From: Octopus vulgaris
Taxonomy: Eukaryota
Length of the DNA: 64,000 nucleotides
Direction: 5' to 3'
Assembly: GCA_951406725.2 (NCBI GenBank)
Contig: OX597830.1
Coordinates: 34,472,001 to 34,536,000, forward strand
The translations under genes were made by a program, and so were the position numbers. Positions 23,893 through 38,758 of this stretch are shown here, piece by piece; positions within the stretch are counted from its first letter, which is position 1; each line of letters begins with the position of its first letter. The notes under the pieces were generated by a model. The model was not told the DNA's origin. It was given only the letters and a program-made list of their open reading frames with translations, and searched no databases.

Positions 23893-24204
23893 ACATCACC
23901 ATCACCACCACCACCACCACCACCACCGCTGCCACCAACACCATTGCTGCTGCCATCATCATCATCATTATCATCGTCAACATCATCACCGTCATCATTA
24001 TCATCATCATCATCACCAACACCATTGCTGCTGCCATTATCATCATCATCATCGTCAACATCATCATCATCACCACCATCACCAACACCAACACCATTGC
24101 TGCAGCCATTATCATCATCATCATCGTCATCATCGTTATCATCATCATCATCACCATCACCACCATCACCAACACCTCCAACACCATTGCTGCTGCCATC
24201 ATCG

Positions 24205-24237
<33 letters not shown>

Positions 24238-24402
24238 CCAACTGCATTACCACCACCATCATTGCTGCTGCAATCATTGTCATCATCATCATCATTATCA
24301 TCGCCCCCATCACCAACACCAATAATACCAATACCACCAACACCATTGCTGCTGCCATCATCGTCATCATAATCGTCATCATCATCATCACTACCACCAC
24401 CA
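23893..24402. repeat. (CAT/CAC)n compound repeat with ~80 bp higher-order unit
   Basis: The anchor (accaac)accattgctgctgcc recurs about 6 times between CAT runs. Confidence 0.9.
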
Positions 24403-24544
24403 CTTTTTTTTTTTTCCTTACATCCTCATATCCTTTCTAAATAACTGCTGCATCATATGCCATCAAGGGGACATGTCAATTATATGTGATATTCTGCTGC
24501 TTCTAATACATACATACATATATATACACATATATATATATATG

Positions 24545-24616
<72 letters not shown>

Positions 24617-25825
24617 TATATGTGTGTGTATTTTTTTTTTCTCTTTCCCCATCTGACATATACCACCATCATCCATTGCTACTCCATCATTTACTACCTT
24701 TCTATATTATCTCGGCCCTCAGTAACCATCACCTCTGCTTCCACCTCTGCATTTTATATGATGGCAGGGAGGGATGGGTGGGTGGGGTGTGGGTGTTTGT
24801 GTAAGAGGAAAGATTGCAGGGAGGAAGGATGATGAATGGTAAGGTGAGGTGAGGTGAGGTAATGGGCAGGATGGAAGGGGTAGGGGAGAGCAGGGCAGAA
24901 GGTCTGGTAGCCATTTTTTTTTGTGTGTCTGTGTATGTGTATGTCCCTCACTCTCTCTCTCGCTCTTTCTCTCTTTCTCTTAGATAGCCCTTGCCAATAT
25001 TTCAAGAAAGAATATGGCCCAACCAACTGCACTACCACCACCCACCACAACCACCACCACCAACATTGCAACTACCATCACTACCGCCACCGACATCACA
25101 ACTACCACCACCACCATCAACAACAACAACAGCAACAACAGTAGTAATGAGCCAGTAATAGGCTTCTGTGTGGTTATCTAACTAACTAGAAATAGCAACT
25201 AAATGTCCTTCAAAATTACATCTTACTGTCTTACTGGCTCATATATATTATGCTTGAAAAACAAAAAAGAAAGAAGGAAAATAAGAGGATAACCACAGTT
25301 GGAACATCTTTGGTCATAGGTCTACTTAGATGCTCTAGCATGGCCACAGTCTCATGACTGAAACTAGTAAAAGATAGAAAATTTCTAATGGCCACTAACA
25401 CCCAACACATGTAAAAACAACATTTACACTGACCACTGCAGCCACTAATACCACCAATAACATTGCCACAAGCACCACTGCCACCACCACCACCACCACT
25501 ACTACAACTACTAGTACTGCTAAAACCTCTACCCCCATCCCTACCCTACCCAAAAAGCATCAACAACAACATCAATTAAAAATAACAGTGCCAATGATAA
25601 TGTTACTCTGATTGCCACTTGTGCCCTTCAGCATCCCCACAAACAACACTGGTACAGACATCACCATTATCATCATCATCACCACCATTAGCACTACTAC
25701 TTTGACAACTACTGCTATTAATACATCACCACTAACAACAACAACAGCTGTTCCAACAAGGCCAGGACCATTATGCTAATGATTGCCAACACTAGGACAA
25801 GAAAGATAAAAAGAAATATGTATGA

Positions 25826-26230
25826 ACACTACCACCACCACCACCACCACCACTAATGCCACCACCACAACCACCACCACAATCACCACCAATACTACCA
25901 CCACAACCACCACCACAATCACTACCACTACCATCACCACAATCACCACCACCTCCACCACCACAATCACCACCACCACCACAATCACCACCACCACCAC
26001 CACAATCACCACCACTACCACCACAATCACCACCACCACCACAATTACCACCGCCACCTCTATCACTACCACTACCATCACTACAATCACCACTACCACC
26101 AACAAAATCACCAACACAGTCACCACCACCAACACTGCAATCACCACCACCACAATCACCACCACTGCAACCACCACCACCACCACCACAATCACCACCA
26201 CCACAATCACCACCACCACCACCGCCAACA
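25826..26230. repeat. (ACC)n-based cryptic minisatellite (accaccacaatc units)
   Basis: Directly visible. Confidence 0.9.
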
Positions 26231-26832
26231 CATCGCAATAATCACTACGTCATCATAAACCCTTACCATTTCCTTGCCACAATCTTAAACACCACTTACA
26301 TTCCTTCAATCACCAATCGCTCAGGGAGGAATTCCACCCATGTGTCATGGTTCACTACCTCAACAGCTCCATTACTGTTTTAGACATGGCAAGGCCCCAT
26401 TTTTTTGGAGATGTCTTCAGCTCTGGTGTTGAGTGCATTCCTTCTTCCGCTTTTTTCTTTTGTTCTTTGGTTTCTTTGATGCAGCGTCAACAAATGTCTG
26501 TGGGCAACTGACCATCCTGCCAAATTTCCCTTTAAATACTCACCAGTAGGCTCCAGCAACGAGCAGCAGCTAACTGTCATGTGACACTGTCTCAGCTTCA
26601 ACTGCCCAATGGAGCGAAAGGGCACGTACTACCACTACTACCACAAACACCATTACTAACATACACAACTCAACCATGTGAAACAAGGGAGACTCTATGT
26701 CAATGGTTCTTAACCAGGGTCCATGAAATGTTGGGGGGTCCATGCAAGTAAGATAATAAGTTGGGTACCCACGGAACTATTTTAAGGATCCATGAAAGAT
26801 CTTTTGCTTTCAGTGTATTTATTGCAAGGGAA

Positions 26833-26922
26833 GGCACATGGTTCAGTGGTTAGGACATCAGGCTCACAGTCATGAGGTAGTGAGTTCGATTCTCAGACCA
26901 GGTTGTGTGTTATGTTCTTGAG
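26833..26922 (+). mobile_element. SINE family D tRNA-like head
   Basis: tggttcagtggttagg (A-box-like), gagttcgattct (B-box-like), gtgttatgttcttgag. Confidence 0.65.
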
Positions 26923-27564
26923 TCTTGAAGAATTTCAGTCAAATGAATCGATCCCAGTACTTATTTTTCTGAAGCCAGATACTTATTTTATCATTCTCTT
27001 TAGTGAACCACTAAGTTACAAAGATCTTGATCTAACAGGCATATGAAGAAATGCATTCCAACTATGACAGTCCTGCCTGTCAGCCGATGTGCAAGGAACA
27101 CAGAATGACATCACTCAATCTCTTTTGGGTTCCTTGCACATAAAAAAAGAAAAAAATTAAGACAGAATGGTCATTATTGGAATGCATTTGATTATATGCC
27201 AGCTGAGTCAGAACTGACCCGGGACCAGGCATCAATGTGTCTGTGACTTTTTCTAGGGTGCTGACTTATGATTTGGTTGCTATTTCTAGCAAACTGAGCA
27301 CCTGGTGTGGCTGTGATGTTTGTTTTCTGTCTGTGACTGGAAATGAATGAGTTTAGGAGATTGTGATAACAATCGCAGCAATGGTGGTGGTGGCGGCGGC
27401 GGTGAGGGTGGTGGTTGTCATCAATGTTTGTCTTCTTTGTTGTTGTTATTGATGCTAATGTTGTTATTATGTTGCTGGTGAATAAAGTTAAGTGGGATGG
27501 GGTGAGAAATCGGGTTTCTGAGCTCAAAAGATCGATCAATCATCAACAAACGAAGACACACACA

Positions 27565-27595
<31 letters not shown>

Positions 27596-27705
27596 ACATT
27601 ACAAACAAAACTTGGTGCTAATTTCCTTTTAAAGTAACCTTATATACTACATACTGAATCTCACACTAGCTGTGTGCATCTCTCTCACTCTTTCTTTCTG
27701 TGTAT

Positions 27706-27738
<33 letters not shown>

Positions 27739-28346
27739 AGCTATGGACCTTAATTAGAATACTTTAATGCTCAGAAATGTTTCTTGTTAATTGGCATTGC
27801 TGGTTTTAATGCTGTTATTGTTGACTCTGTTTTCGGTGTCACTCATTTTCATTTATTTCTTTAATTGATTGTTATTTTAGTCGATGATTTTTTTTGTTGT
27901 TTTCTCTGGTGTTTGTCGTCTGATGGGCCAGATGCCAAAATTAGAACCTCATTCACTCCTTCCAGTGTTCTTTGCGTTCAGACATCTCCTAACTCGCACA
28001 TATTACAAAACCACCTTTCAGCTCAAATAATTAATCTCTAATTTTATTTAATGCAACACAAACATACAAAAAAAAAAAAAAAATAGCAAAAGTCCAAATT
28101 TGATTCAAGATATGTGGACCATCACTAATCAACTAATTTTAGTGATACAGAAAATTCTGAGGAAATAAGTGATGTTTTATGTCAGAGCAAATAGTGAATA
28201 CCAAATGACCAAACAGTCAAATAAATGTTAAATGATGAGAAGGAAAAATAGCTGAAATGATGAGAAGGAAAAATAGCAGAAAACCTTAGTTATAAGAATT
28301 AGAAAGAGAGAGAGAGAGAGATATGAGTATTTATGTTGTTTGATGC

Positions 28347-28915
28347 AGTGTGGTAAGTAGCTAAGGCGGTGGGTTGGCAGAAATGTTAGCACACCGGGCA
28401 AAATGCTTAGTGGTATTTCATCTGCCGCTACGTTCTGAGTTCAAATTCCGTCGAGGTCCACGTAGCCTTTCATCCTTTCAGGGTCGATTAAATAAGTACC
28501 AGTTACTGGGATCGATGTAATCAACTTAATCCCTTTGTCTGTCCTTGTTTGTCCTCTCTATGTTTAGCCCCTTGTAGGCAGTAAAGAATTAAGCCACTTG
28601 CTTACGAACCACATGGTTCCAGGTTCAGTCCCACTGCGTGGCACCTTGGGCAAGTATCTTCTACTATAACATGCAAGTGGCTGAGCACTCCACAGACACG
28701 CATACCCTTAATGTAGTTCTTGGGGAGATTCAGCATGACACAGAGTGTGATAAGGCTGGCCCCTTTTGAATTACGGGTACTACTTATTTTCGCCTGTTGA
28801 GTGGACTGGAGCCATGTGAAATGAAGTGACTTGCTCAAGGACACAATGTACACCAGGAATTAAACTCATAGCCTTATAACCATGAGCTGAATACCCTAAC
28901 CACTAAACCCTGCCC
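28347..28915. mobile_element. SINE pile-up: SINE A (28363-28590, +) inserted in a SINE B head, followed by SINE D (28670-28915, -)
   Basis: The SINE B head gtgtggtaagtagct is interrupted by SINE A and resumes at cttgcttacgaaccacatggttcc. Confidence 0.75.
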
Positions 28916-29624
28916 CTTCTGCAACATACCCAAGACCACGTTATCCAATGAATTAATTTCTAAAATGGTAGGATGTAATTTAAGGAAGATTTGGCTGCTA
29001 TTTCAAGCAAATCAGATGACTATATATAGGCTCCTTTATGGGCTAGTGCTGTTAATGTTAATGCTATTGGTGTCATTAGTACTTGTAGTATCGTTATGGC
29101 TAGTGAAGTTTATCTTGTTTTAGATTGTTGCTATATCTCTATACATGTTGTTGTCACCAAAGTTGTATCTTTATTACTATTGTTGTCATTTGTGCCATCA
29201 ACATTGTTGTAGTAACTGGTCTTCAGTTACTTCTACTGTCACTGATATTGTTGCTTCTGTTTTAGATGTCTGTTGATGTCGTTTTCTATAAAAGAGACAG
29301 GCTTTAACTCCCTCCCGCCCGTCCTTTCACCAAACCCTCAACCCATTACTATCAATGCCTGCATAGTTGTAGCAACAACACGCAAAGAAGGAGAATCCTA
29401 ATTACACATCTTCATTATGAGAGCTAATTATAGACTGTTCTCACGAAATAGATATTGGCAATGTGGTGGCTTTGTTTGTCAGAATTGTGTGCATATGTAT
29501 GAGTGTGTGTGTATGAGTGTGTATTTGTGTGTGTGAGTATATGCATGTGTACATACCTATATACATACACACATACGTATGTATGTGTACATATATATAT
29601 AACCATACTTACACACACATATAT

Positions 29625-29666
<42 letters not shown>

Positions 29667-30156
29667 CACAAATATCTATCATTATGCATGTCTTTATATA
29701 GATATACATAATGATAAAGTCCACTAAAGATAATACATTTATCCTTTGAGTGTCATGCTAAAATAAAGCTGTGAAACATCAGACTATAAAAAGATAAGAG
29801 CACTTTCCAGAAAAATCCTGACGAATGTAACTGGACAAAATAAGTGATTATTCAGGATAAAAGGGGCATGTTTGCTTTGATTTTTCTCATGAAATAACTT
29901 GAAGATAGCATAATTTTTAATAGGGAAAGATAGGGATAGCTTCAGGTGAGGCAGTGGAATTTAATTCAACATATTATATATTTTATATATGTAAAATTGT
30001 TTGACAAGTGTTCATAAGTAAAAAAATTCAAGCTTAGACTTCTTTAGGCATACCTTATACTTTGGGAAATCTAAACTTGTATGAAACTGCCAAGATACTT
30101 TCCTTGATCACAACATGATTCACAATATATAATTTTGTATTCACTTCATATAGATA

Positions 30157-30559
30157 TACTCTTTTACTTGTTTCAGCCATTTGACTGCGGCCACGCTGGA
30201 GCACCGCCTTTAGTCGATCAAATCGACCCCGGGACTTATTCTTTGTAAGCCCAGTACTTATTCTATCGGTCTCTTTTGCCGAACCGCTACGTGACGGGGA
30301 TGTAAACACACTAGCATCGGTTGTCAAGCAATGCTAGGGGGACAAACACAGACACCCCCCCACACACACACGCACATACATATATACATATATACGACAG
30401 GCTTCTTTCAGTTTCCGTCTACCAAATCCACTCACAAGGCATTGGTCGGCCCGGAGCTATAGCAGAAGACACTTGCCCAAGATGCCACGCAGTGGGACTG
30501 AACCCGGAACCATGTGGTTGGTTAGCAAGCTACTTACCACACAGCCACTCCTGCGCCTA
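30157..30559 (-). mobile_element. SINE family B, full length, young
   Basis: Near-identical to 10636-11045 with CpGs retained. Confidence 0.9.
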
Positions 30560-30764
30560 TGTATATGTATTTATATTAAGATAAACTCACACACACACAC
30601 ACATGCACATGCACATACATAAATATATAATACATGGTGATATGGGGATCTGGCTAAGCATACAACGTTCTCTATGTTTCATTCTTAACAGTTCACTTTT
30701 TAAATCAGTTACTTGCTAACTCCCCTGAGCATCATGCAATTTCCTGCTAATGTATTCTTTTCAT

Positions 30765-31467
30765 TCTTTTACTTGTTTCAGTCATTTGTTTCAACCCCAG
30801 GACTTATTCTTTGGAAGCCTAGTACTTATTCTATCAGTCTATTTTGCCAACCCGCTAAGTTACGGGAATGGAAACACACCAGCATCGGTTGTCAAGCGAT
30901 GTTGGGGGGAGGGACAAACACAGACACACAAACATATAAACATCCTCCTCCTCCTCATCATCATCATCATCATCATTATCCAGTGTTTTAAATCCAGATT
31001 TAGTCCCTGTTAACAGGGGTGGCTGGATCTACCTCAATGCCTACCGACGTAGGCACGTGCAGCCCACCCCACCCTTTGGGTGTGCTGGTTGGTGGTCATT
31101 CTCTTTTGCTATCATGAGACATTTTTGGAGCTGGATTTTCTATGGGAAACATTCCTTTGCTTACCCACAACCTCATTTTCTAGACATGAGTGGTCCTGAG
31201 ACGAAGGTCTCTACCATGATTTTTAAGAAATGTGGTGGAAAACATATACACACACATACACACACATGTGTATATATATATATATCTATATATATATGTA
31301 GCGCACCCACTACACTCACAGAGTGGTTAGCGTTAGGAAGGGCATCCAGCTGTAGAAGCACTGCCAGATCAGACTGGAGCCTGGTGCAGCATCCTGGCTT
31401 CCCAGACCCCAGTCGAACCATCCAACCCATGCTAGCATGGAAAACGGACGTTAAACGATGATGATGA

Positions 31468-31503
<36 letters not shown>

Positions 31504-31657
31504 GATGGGCTTCTTCCATTTTCCATCTACCAAATCGACTCACAAGGTTTTGGTCTGCCTGAGAATATACTAGAAGACACTTTCCCAAGGTGCCATGCAG
31601 TGGGACTGAACCCAGAACCATGTGGTTGGTAAACAAGCTACTTACCACACAGCCACT
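30765..31657 (-). mobile_element. SINE B split (tail 30765-30938, head 31500-31657) by an insert containing a family C fragment (31300-31470, +)
   Basis: Complementary SINE B halves flank ~560 bp of other sequence at the internal microsatellite. Confidence 0.65.
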
Positions 31658-34600
31658 TCTTTTTTCATCTCTACAAACGCATATGATCTACCTTGATCAT
31701 TCTTTCACATATAGTATAGAGTTGTGTGAGACTACAGTTTTCCATTTTGCTTTAACTCTCATTACCTATATGTTTCCATATCTCTTCTTACTCTACACCC
31801 AATGACCTTTAAACATACATATGTATGTGTATGCTTTTTTTTCTGTTTTGTGTGTATGCATTCATAGTTGCGTAATGATACATTTAACTTTTGTTCACCT
31901 GCCTCGTTTCAGTTTTTTTATGTCTTACTGTTTCTTCTCTCTGCCATTACACTTAATTATCATTTAGCATACATCTTTGTGTATGTATGTTTGTGTTTGT
32001 AAATGTATGCTCTGAATGTTATACATTTATACCACCATTGTACAGATGTATTCGTTTGTAAAGATTTACACCAATATGATTTTGATTTTTTTTGATTTTT
32101 CCAGTTTCAGCTTATGAGCTGTGGCCATGCTGGGGCACCGCCATTTATGTATATGTATATGTATATGTATATCTATTGTATATGTATATGTATATGTATA
32201 TCTATAATATGTATATGTATATCTATTTATATTTTTGTAAGTGTCAGCATGTGCAGTGAGAATGTATGTACGGACACATACACACACAGACATATAAACA
32301 CACACTCACACATGCACAACACATACACACACATAGATATATATGGCCACTCTAAATGCATTAAACCCCAGTACAGAATGTAAAAGGGATGGAAAAGTGC
32401 ACTTTGTCATTGACCTGGCCTTCCCTCATGCTTAACACCATTGGCAGTTAGTTGTGTGTGCAGCCAGCATGTTCTTTAACGAAAAGTTTCAAAACTCCAT
32501 CAATCTTTAAAACCTCTGGAGAAAGGGATTAAGTTAGACTGAACCTCAGTCACATTATACCACAATAAGACTCAGGAGAACCCACAATCTTTGTGATTCA
32601 TTCCATAGTGCAGACCTAAAGAAAAAGAACTGTGAGCAACATTCTCAAGATAGAAGAGCCAAAGTTTAAACTAAAGAAAATGGTTGAAGCATAATCCACT
32701 AGGATTACATCAGGGGTTTACTGAAATAGCACGAACAGTTAATTCATCTGCTTGAGGTGGAAAGCAAACTGAAAATCTGTAAAACTAATAAAGCTACATG
32801 TATGAATATTTTAGAAGTCAACTGGGTGTCTTTAGAATTGGTACTAAAAATCAACGGTTTTCAATGTATTTCCATGCCAAATCAAGTTTCTCAGAACACT
32901 TGTAGATGAGTATAAGCATGTTGGTAATACATCATTGTCATATTTTACTAATTATGTGCAATTTTTCCTTTGAAGGATATGCTGGTTGCACATCTGAGTG
33001 CTGAGCATTTGTAAAAATGTGCTGAGCACATGTAAAATCAAAACAGTGTAGTACAATCAAATTGTTTTTCACAAGCGAGGGGTCACAAATCATGTAGAAG
33101 GACAAGAAAAGGAAACCTAAAGCCAGTACTCCTTAATTGTACAAATGATTGGAAGATAGGGGTGGTCTTTGGATGAGGCAGCTGATTGATAAAGGTTAGA
33201 ATAAGGAAGCACGGGCATTTAAAGACCAGAACTGAGAAGGAAAAACAAATTATTTTTGTTTGGTGGTAAGCTAATAAACTCACTGCACATTTCATGTAAT
33301 TGCAACTGTCTCTGGTTTGTTGTGATGATATGGCTGATAAAATAGTGCAAGAAGAAACAATTTGCCATGGTGTAGGTTAACCAAATTCCAAACGTATTTT
33401 GTAAGGGATTTCCTTTATTTCACTGGTCTTCAGAAACACTGAGTTTGATAATGTATTTTTTACAAGGAATGTATATATGTATATATATATATATATATAT
33501 CACCATTTTGTTCAGTCAGTGCAATGCAAAGATCCAGAATGTATACAATACTTCCTTAAAGTTGACACAATATTTTTCTGCTGGAACAATCTTGATCAAA
33601 GCTTAATCAGCAGCTTGTGTGTTTTCATTCATGCTTGTACCATATACGACTTGGTTTTGGGCTTGTTAAGCCTGAATATCAACTTTGATTCTGCAGTAAT
33701 TATGAAAAACACTTCAGCTAGGACCTTATCGATCTTTCTTATGAACAGTGTATCTAGGACTACATTGTGAAATATGTTTAGCCACGTTTTTTTTTGTTTT
33801 GTTTTCATTTTAATACCTGGTGAAGTGTGATTTGAATGAGTGAATGAGATTGGCCAACATTGATAATTCTTCCTTTGTTGGCTATTCAGTTAATGTGCTG
33901 AGAGCAAAGATGAGCTCTGAGGTTTCATGAACCGGAGCTTTTCTTTAGTACGTGAGCGTCCACATAACTTTAAGTCTCATAAACCTTAAGTCAATATACC
34001 ATGAAGAGATGCAAATTCTGATGTTTCTTTAGTTGCTGTGAAGAATTATGAGTTATGGCATTGCAAGAAACAGAGTCCTTGTTCAGTACAAGAACTTATA
34101 CATAGCATATGAACTTATGTTAGTTTACTGTGAGGAAAGGAAAATTCTGAAATTTCAGGAAGCTGGTTCCTTTCTTCAGCACATGAACTTCCAAACACCA
34201 CACTAATTCCCACATGTTGTAAGACCATATTCAATTTTCATGTATTTTATTTACTAAGTTTTACTATTTTAGACCTTCACAGATTTCCTCTTTCTCTGGA
34301 TTCTTGATAATTGAAAAAATTTTTTCGAGTTTTATAACTTAATCCTTCTTAATCTAAAGTTATAGAAAGCTGATGTTGGAGAGATTTGTAGATATGATAT
34401 AACAAAACTGAAAGCAACAAATTAGTGATAATAATTACAATGATGATGTTGATAATGGCAGTAATAATAAGGATGATAATGATGATGATGATAATAATAA
34501 TAATAATAATAATGATAATAATAATATATGATAGTAATAATAAAAGGGAACACAACTGTGAAAAAATTGTATAATTACATCTTAATTAGGCTATGAAATA

Positions 34601-34875
34601 GCTAATTACGCAGGTTAAGGAAATATTTGCAATGCTAATCTTAAGATTCTTGCCAAGGAAACTCAAAATTTTCTACTTTTGTTTGTTCAAAATAGAATAT
34701 TTTACTAATTTTTTTTTTATTTCAATACATCATTTCTTTATATTTTTATTTAATTCATTAATTATAAACTCTAACATTAATATTACCATTTTTAGTCATA
34801 ATATTATTATCGTGATTATTATTATTATTATTATCATTATTATTATTATTGTTATTATTATTATTATTATTATTA

Positions 34876-34906
<31 letters not shown>

Positions 34907-35754
34907 AATAATTATTAAATTATCAGTTTTATCATCCTTATTATCAAAATGTATTTTTTAAATTTTAAATGATAAAAATGTAGTTATAATAATAATATAT
35001 ATTACTATTATTATTATAAGCATTATTATTATTAACATTATTGATCTTATTAGGACATTGTTAAGTTCATTACTGATGATAACAGAGCAAAATTAATAAA
35101 GCACCAGAAAATTGCTCCAGAGTAGTTAGTGATCCTTATGTTCTGATTTCAAATCTTAGCAAGGTTGAACATACTTTGTTATCATTTCCCCATGGTTTGT
35201 AAAATAGCAAATAATATATTGAAGATGATTTCAATCAACTTGCTAATCTTCTAAATTATAAGTTAATAAATTTGTACTAAGATAAAATTTTTTTTTTTTA
35301 AATCATTAAATGCAGATTCTAGAATATTTTTAATATATTCAATAATTCAATATTCATAAAGTATTGTAAAGGACTCCCTAAATAGAGGCTACATGCTCTA
35401 TTTATGCTAGCCTTACATGAACCAGAAACGTTTTTAGAAAATATAAAAAAAAAAAAATTCCTCTAATTACAATTTAATCAGGCTATGAAAAATAGCTAAT
35501 TACACAGATTAGGCAAATGCAATCACCAAATAATTCAGAAAAAAAAAAAATCTTTAAACAATAAAAAAAAAAAGATATAAAAATACAACTGGGAACTCAA
35601 TAAATAATTCACTTTAAAATGGAGGTGATGAAGTTGTTTTCGTCAATTTGTTTCTCATTGCATGTGACAAATGCAAACTCTTCACATAATCTGAAGCATT
35701 GTTGTAACTGTTTAAACCTGGGTTACGTTAACCATATTTTTTTTAAATATGAGC

Positions 35755-35919
35755 AGTCATGGCTGTGTGGTTGGAAGTTTGCTTCCCAACCACATGGTTC
35801 TGGGTTCAGTCCCACTATGTGACAACTTGGACAAGTGTTTTCTACTACAGCCTCAGGCTGCCCAAGGCCCAGTGAATTTGGTAGACAGAAACTGAAAGAA
35901 GCTCATCATATATATTCAC

Positions 35920-35951
<32 letters not shown>

Positions 35952-36247
35952 GTATATGTGTGTATTTTTTGTGTCTTTGTGTGTGTTTGTACCCCAACCA
36001 CCACTTGACAACTGGTGTTGGTGGGTTTACATCCCTGTAACTTGGTGGTTCAGTAAAAGAGACCGATAAAATTAGTGCTAGGCTTAACAAAATTAAGTAC
36101 TGGGGTCAATTCATTCAACTGAAAATTCTTCAAAGCAGTGCCCCAGCATGGCTGCTGTCTAATCAGTTTAATGACTGAAACAAGTAAAAGATAATATATA
36201 TATGTATATATATATATATATATTGATGATGATGATGATGATGATAA

Positions 36248-36292
<45 letters not shown>

Positions 36293-36496
36293 TATATATA
36301 CACATACATATATATACATATACATATATACATAGGCGCAGGAGTGGCTGTGTGGTAAGTAGCTTGCTAACCAACCACATGGTTCCGGGTTCAGTCCCAC
36401 TGCGTGGCAACTTGGGGAAGTGTCTTCTGCTAGAGCCCCGGGCCGACCAATGCCTTGTGAGTGGATTTGGTCAATGGAAACTGAGAGAAGCCTGTC

Positions 36497-36500
<4 letters not shown>
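35755..36500 (+). mobile_element. SINE B copies (35755-36192 full; 36333-36500 head)
   Basis: Match to SINE B. Confidence 0.8.
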
Positions 36501-36580
<80 letters not shown>

Positions 36581-36624
36581 TGTATTTACATATATATATA
36601 TATATATGATCGATTTCGATATAT

Positions 36625-36690
<66 letters not shown>

Positions 36691-37943
36691 TTTCCTGTCT
36701 GCCTCTACAGGTATATATACATATATATACATATATGGTTGCATGTCCTTAACCAGTTGAGAATGTCCCTTAGTGGCTGATGATATGTACATCTCTGATC
36801 ACAAGCAGAAGAAGTGGGGGTGCATCATAATCATGTGCTGACAGGAGATTTTTGGAGTTTGAATAATTCACCTCTGCCAGCTTGGATGCTTTGTTCAATA
36901 TCCTTAAACAACCCTTCTTCAAGGACCTTTTGAGCAGGATGGGCCACCCGACATGAAGAAAATTCTGTCTGAGCCCCTCTTGCAAGGTCATGCACTTTTT
37001 ATCTTGATATGAGATCACCATATCATGCACATATGGTTGTAATGCATGTACCTGGTGTACCTTTATCAGATAGGTAGTCATGACGGGTATATTGGGCTTC
37101 GTATATTTTATCTCAGTATCACATTGATGGCATGCACTGCTCTCTCTCCCTTGATAATGATAACATTAGTTTCAAATTTTGGCACAAGGCCAATTTTTGA
37201 AAAGAAAGGTTAAGTCAATACCTCTCAAGTGGTACTTTCTTTACCAGCCTTAGCAGGATTTGAACTCATATTCTAAAAAACTCAAAGTAATACCACAAGC
37301 CATTTTGTTAGATGCTCTAATGTGTTTGCTAATCCACTCCACAACATCTCATACCTATATAACTTTATTTTCATGACAAGAAAATATATATTTTAGACAT
37401 TATAAGGAGTAATTTGAGGAATAAAAGAGAAACAAATCTACTCTTTCACTTTTCAATCTCAAATTAGTTATCTCTATGATATTAATGATAAAAATATTAG
37501 CACTTAATTAATTCAAAATATATATTTGATTTACCATTATAATCTCTTTGAATTCCAGCATTTAAATTTTGAGAAATGAATGACTACCACATAATCTTAT
37601 ATTTTCATCATAGGTTGTTCAATTTGTCTATATAACAATTTTTACTTTTTTATTTTACACAACCAATAAATCAAGTGTATACAGTATATATTTTTACAAG
37701 AATTTTGTTTTTTTGTTGTTTTCAATAAATATTGAACTTATTTTGTTATCTTGAAATACAAATACAAGAATATATTACGAATATTAAGTAGTGAATATAT
37801 TAGCAATATTTTAAGTCTATGAATATAATAACAAATAAGAAACAATAACAACAAAAATAATTAATTCCTTTTTTTAAAGAAATTATCATTTATTTATATA
37901 TTTTTGTTAATATCCGTGATAATTTTTCTTTAGATTTTAATTT

Positions 37944-38031
37944 ATGAATAATAATGATGATGAAGAGGATGATAATGATGATGATGATGATAATAATAAT
38001 AATGATGATGATGATGATAATAATAATGATG

Positions 38032-38098
<67 letters not shown>

Positions 38099-38160
38099 TA
38101 ATAATAATAATAATAATAATAAGGATAATAATCATAACTGTAATAAGAATAATAATAATA
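37944..38160. repeat. (AAT)n/(GAT)n microsatellite
   Basis: Directly visible. Confidence 0.95.
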
Positions 38161-38648
38161 AAACGTTAAAAAGATATTGTTTACAAATATTTTTATTTAA
38201 TAATAATACTAATAACATTTTATGATGATAATGATAATAATATTGATAATTAAATAAGTAAATAATTGAATAAATTAAAGCGAAAGGAAACAAAAAAGAA
38301 AAAGAATAAAGAAAGAGAGAAAGAAACATTGCTGCACTAAAAAAAATTAATAATAATGATGTTAAAACAAAAATATAAAGTACAAATTTTGAATTTCCTT
38401 GGCAAGAAATACATGATTACCATTGCAAATATTTGCTTAAACTGTGTAATTAGCAATTTTCATAGCCTGATTAAGTTGTAATTAGAGCAATTTTTTTCAG
38501 ATTTTATTCTTGTCTTATTCCTTTAGTTGTTTCTTGTTTCATTGAACGGTGGGGTTGGAAGGATGGCTGAAATTAATTTCAATTAAGTGTTGTCTTTATA
38601 CTGCAGTGATAATATCTCCCCCTTCACCACAACAAACTATGTTGGATA

Positions 38649-38758
<110 letters not shown>

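Noticed and set aside
25776-26383. Mucin-, extensin- or glycine-rich-looking ORFs
   Set aside because: An (ACC)n-based repeat open in several frames on both strands, with no unique coding flanks or splice evidence.
36725-37145. Complex-sequence block after a TA tract, possibly an interspersed repeat or coding remnant
   Set aside because: Single copy within the window with no recognisable protein motif; it cannot be classified without a search.
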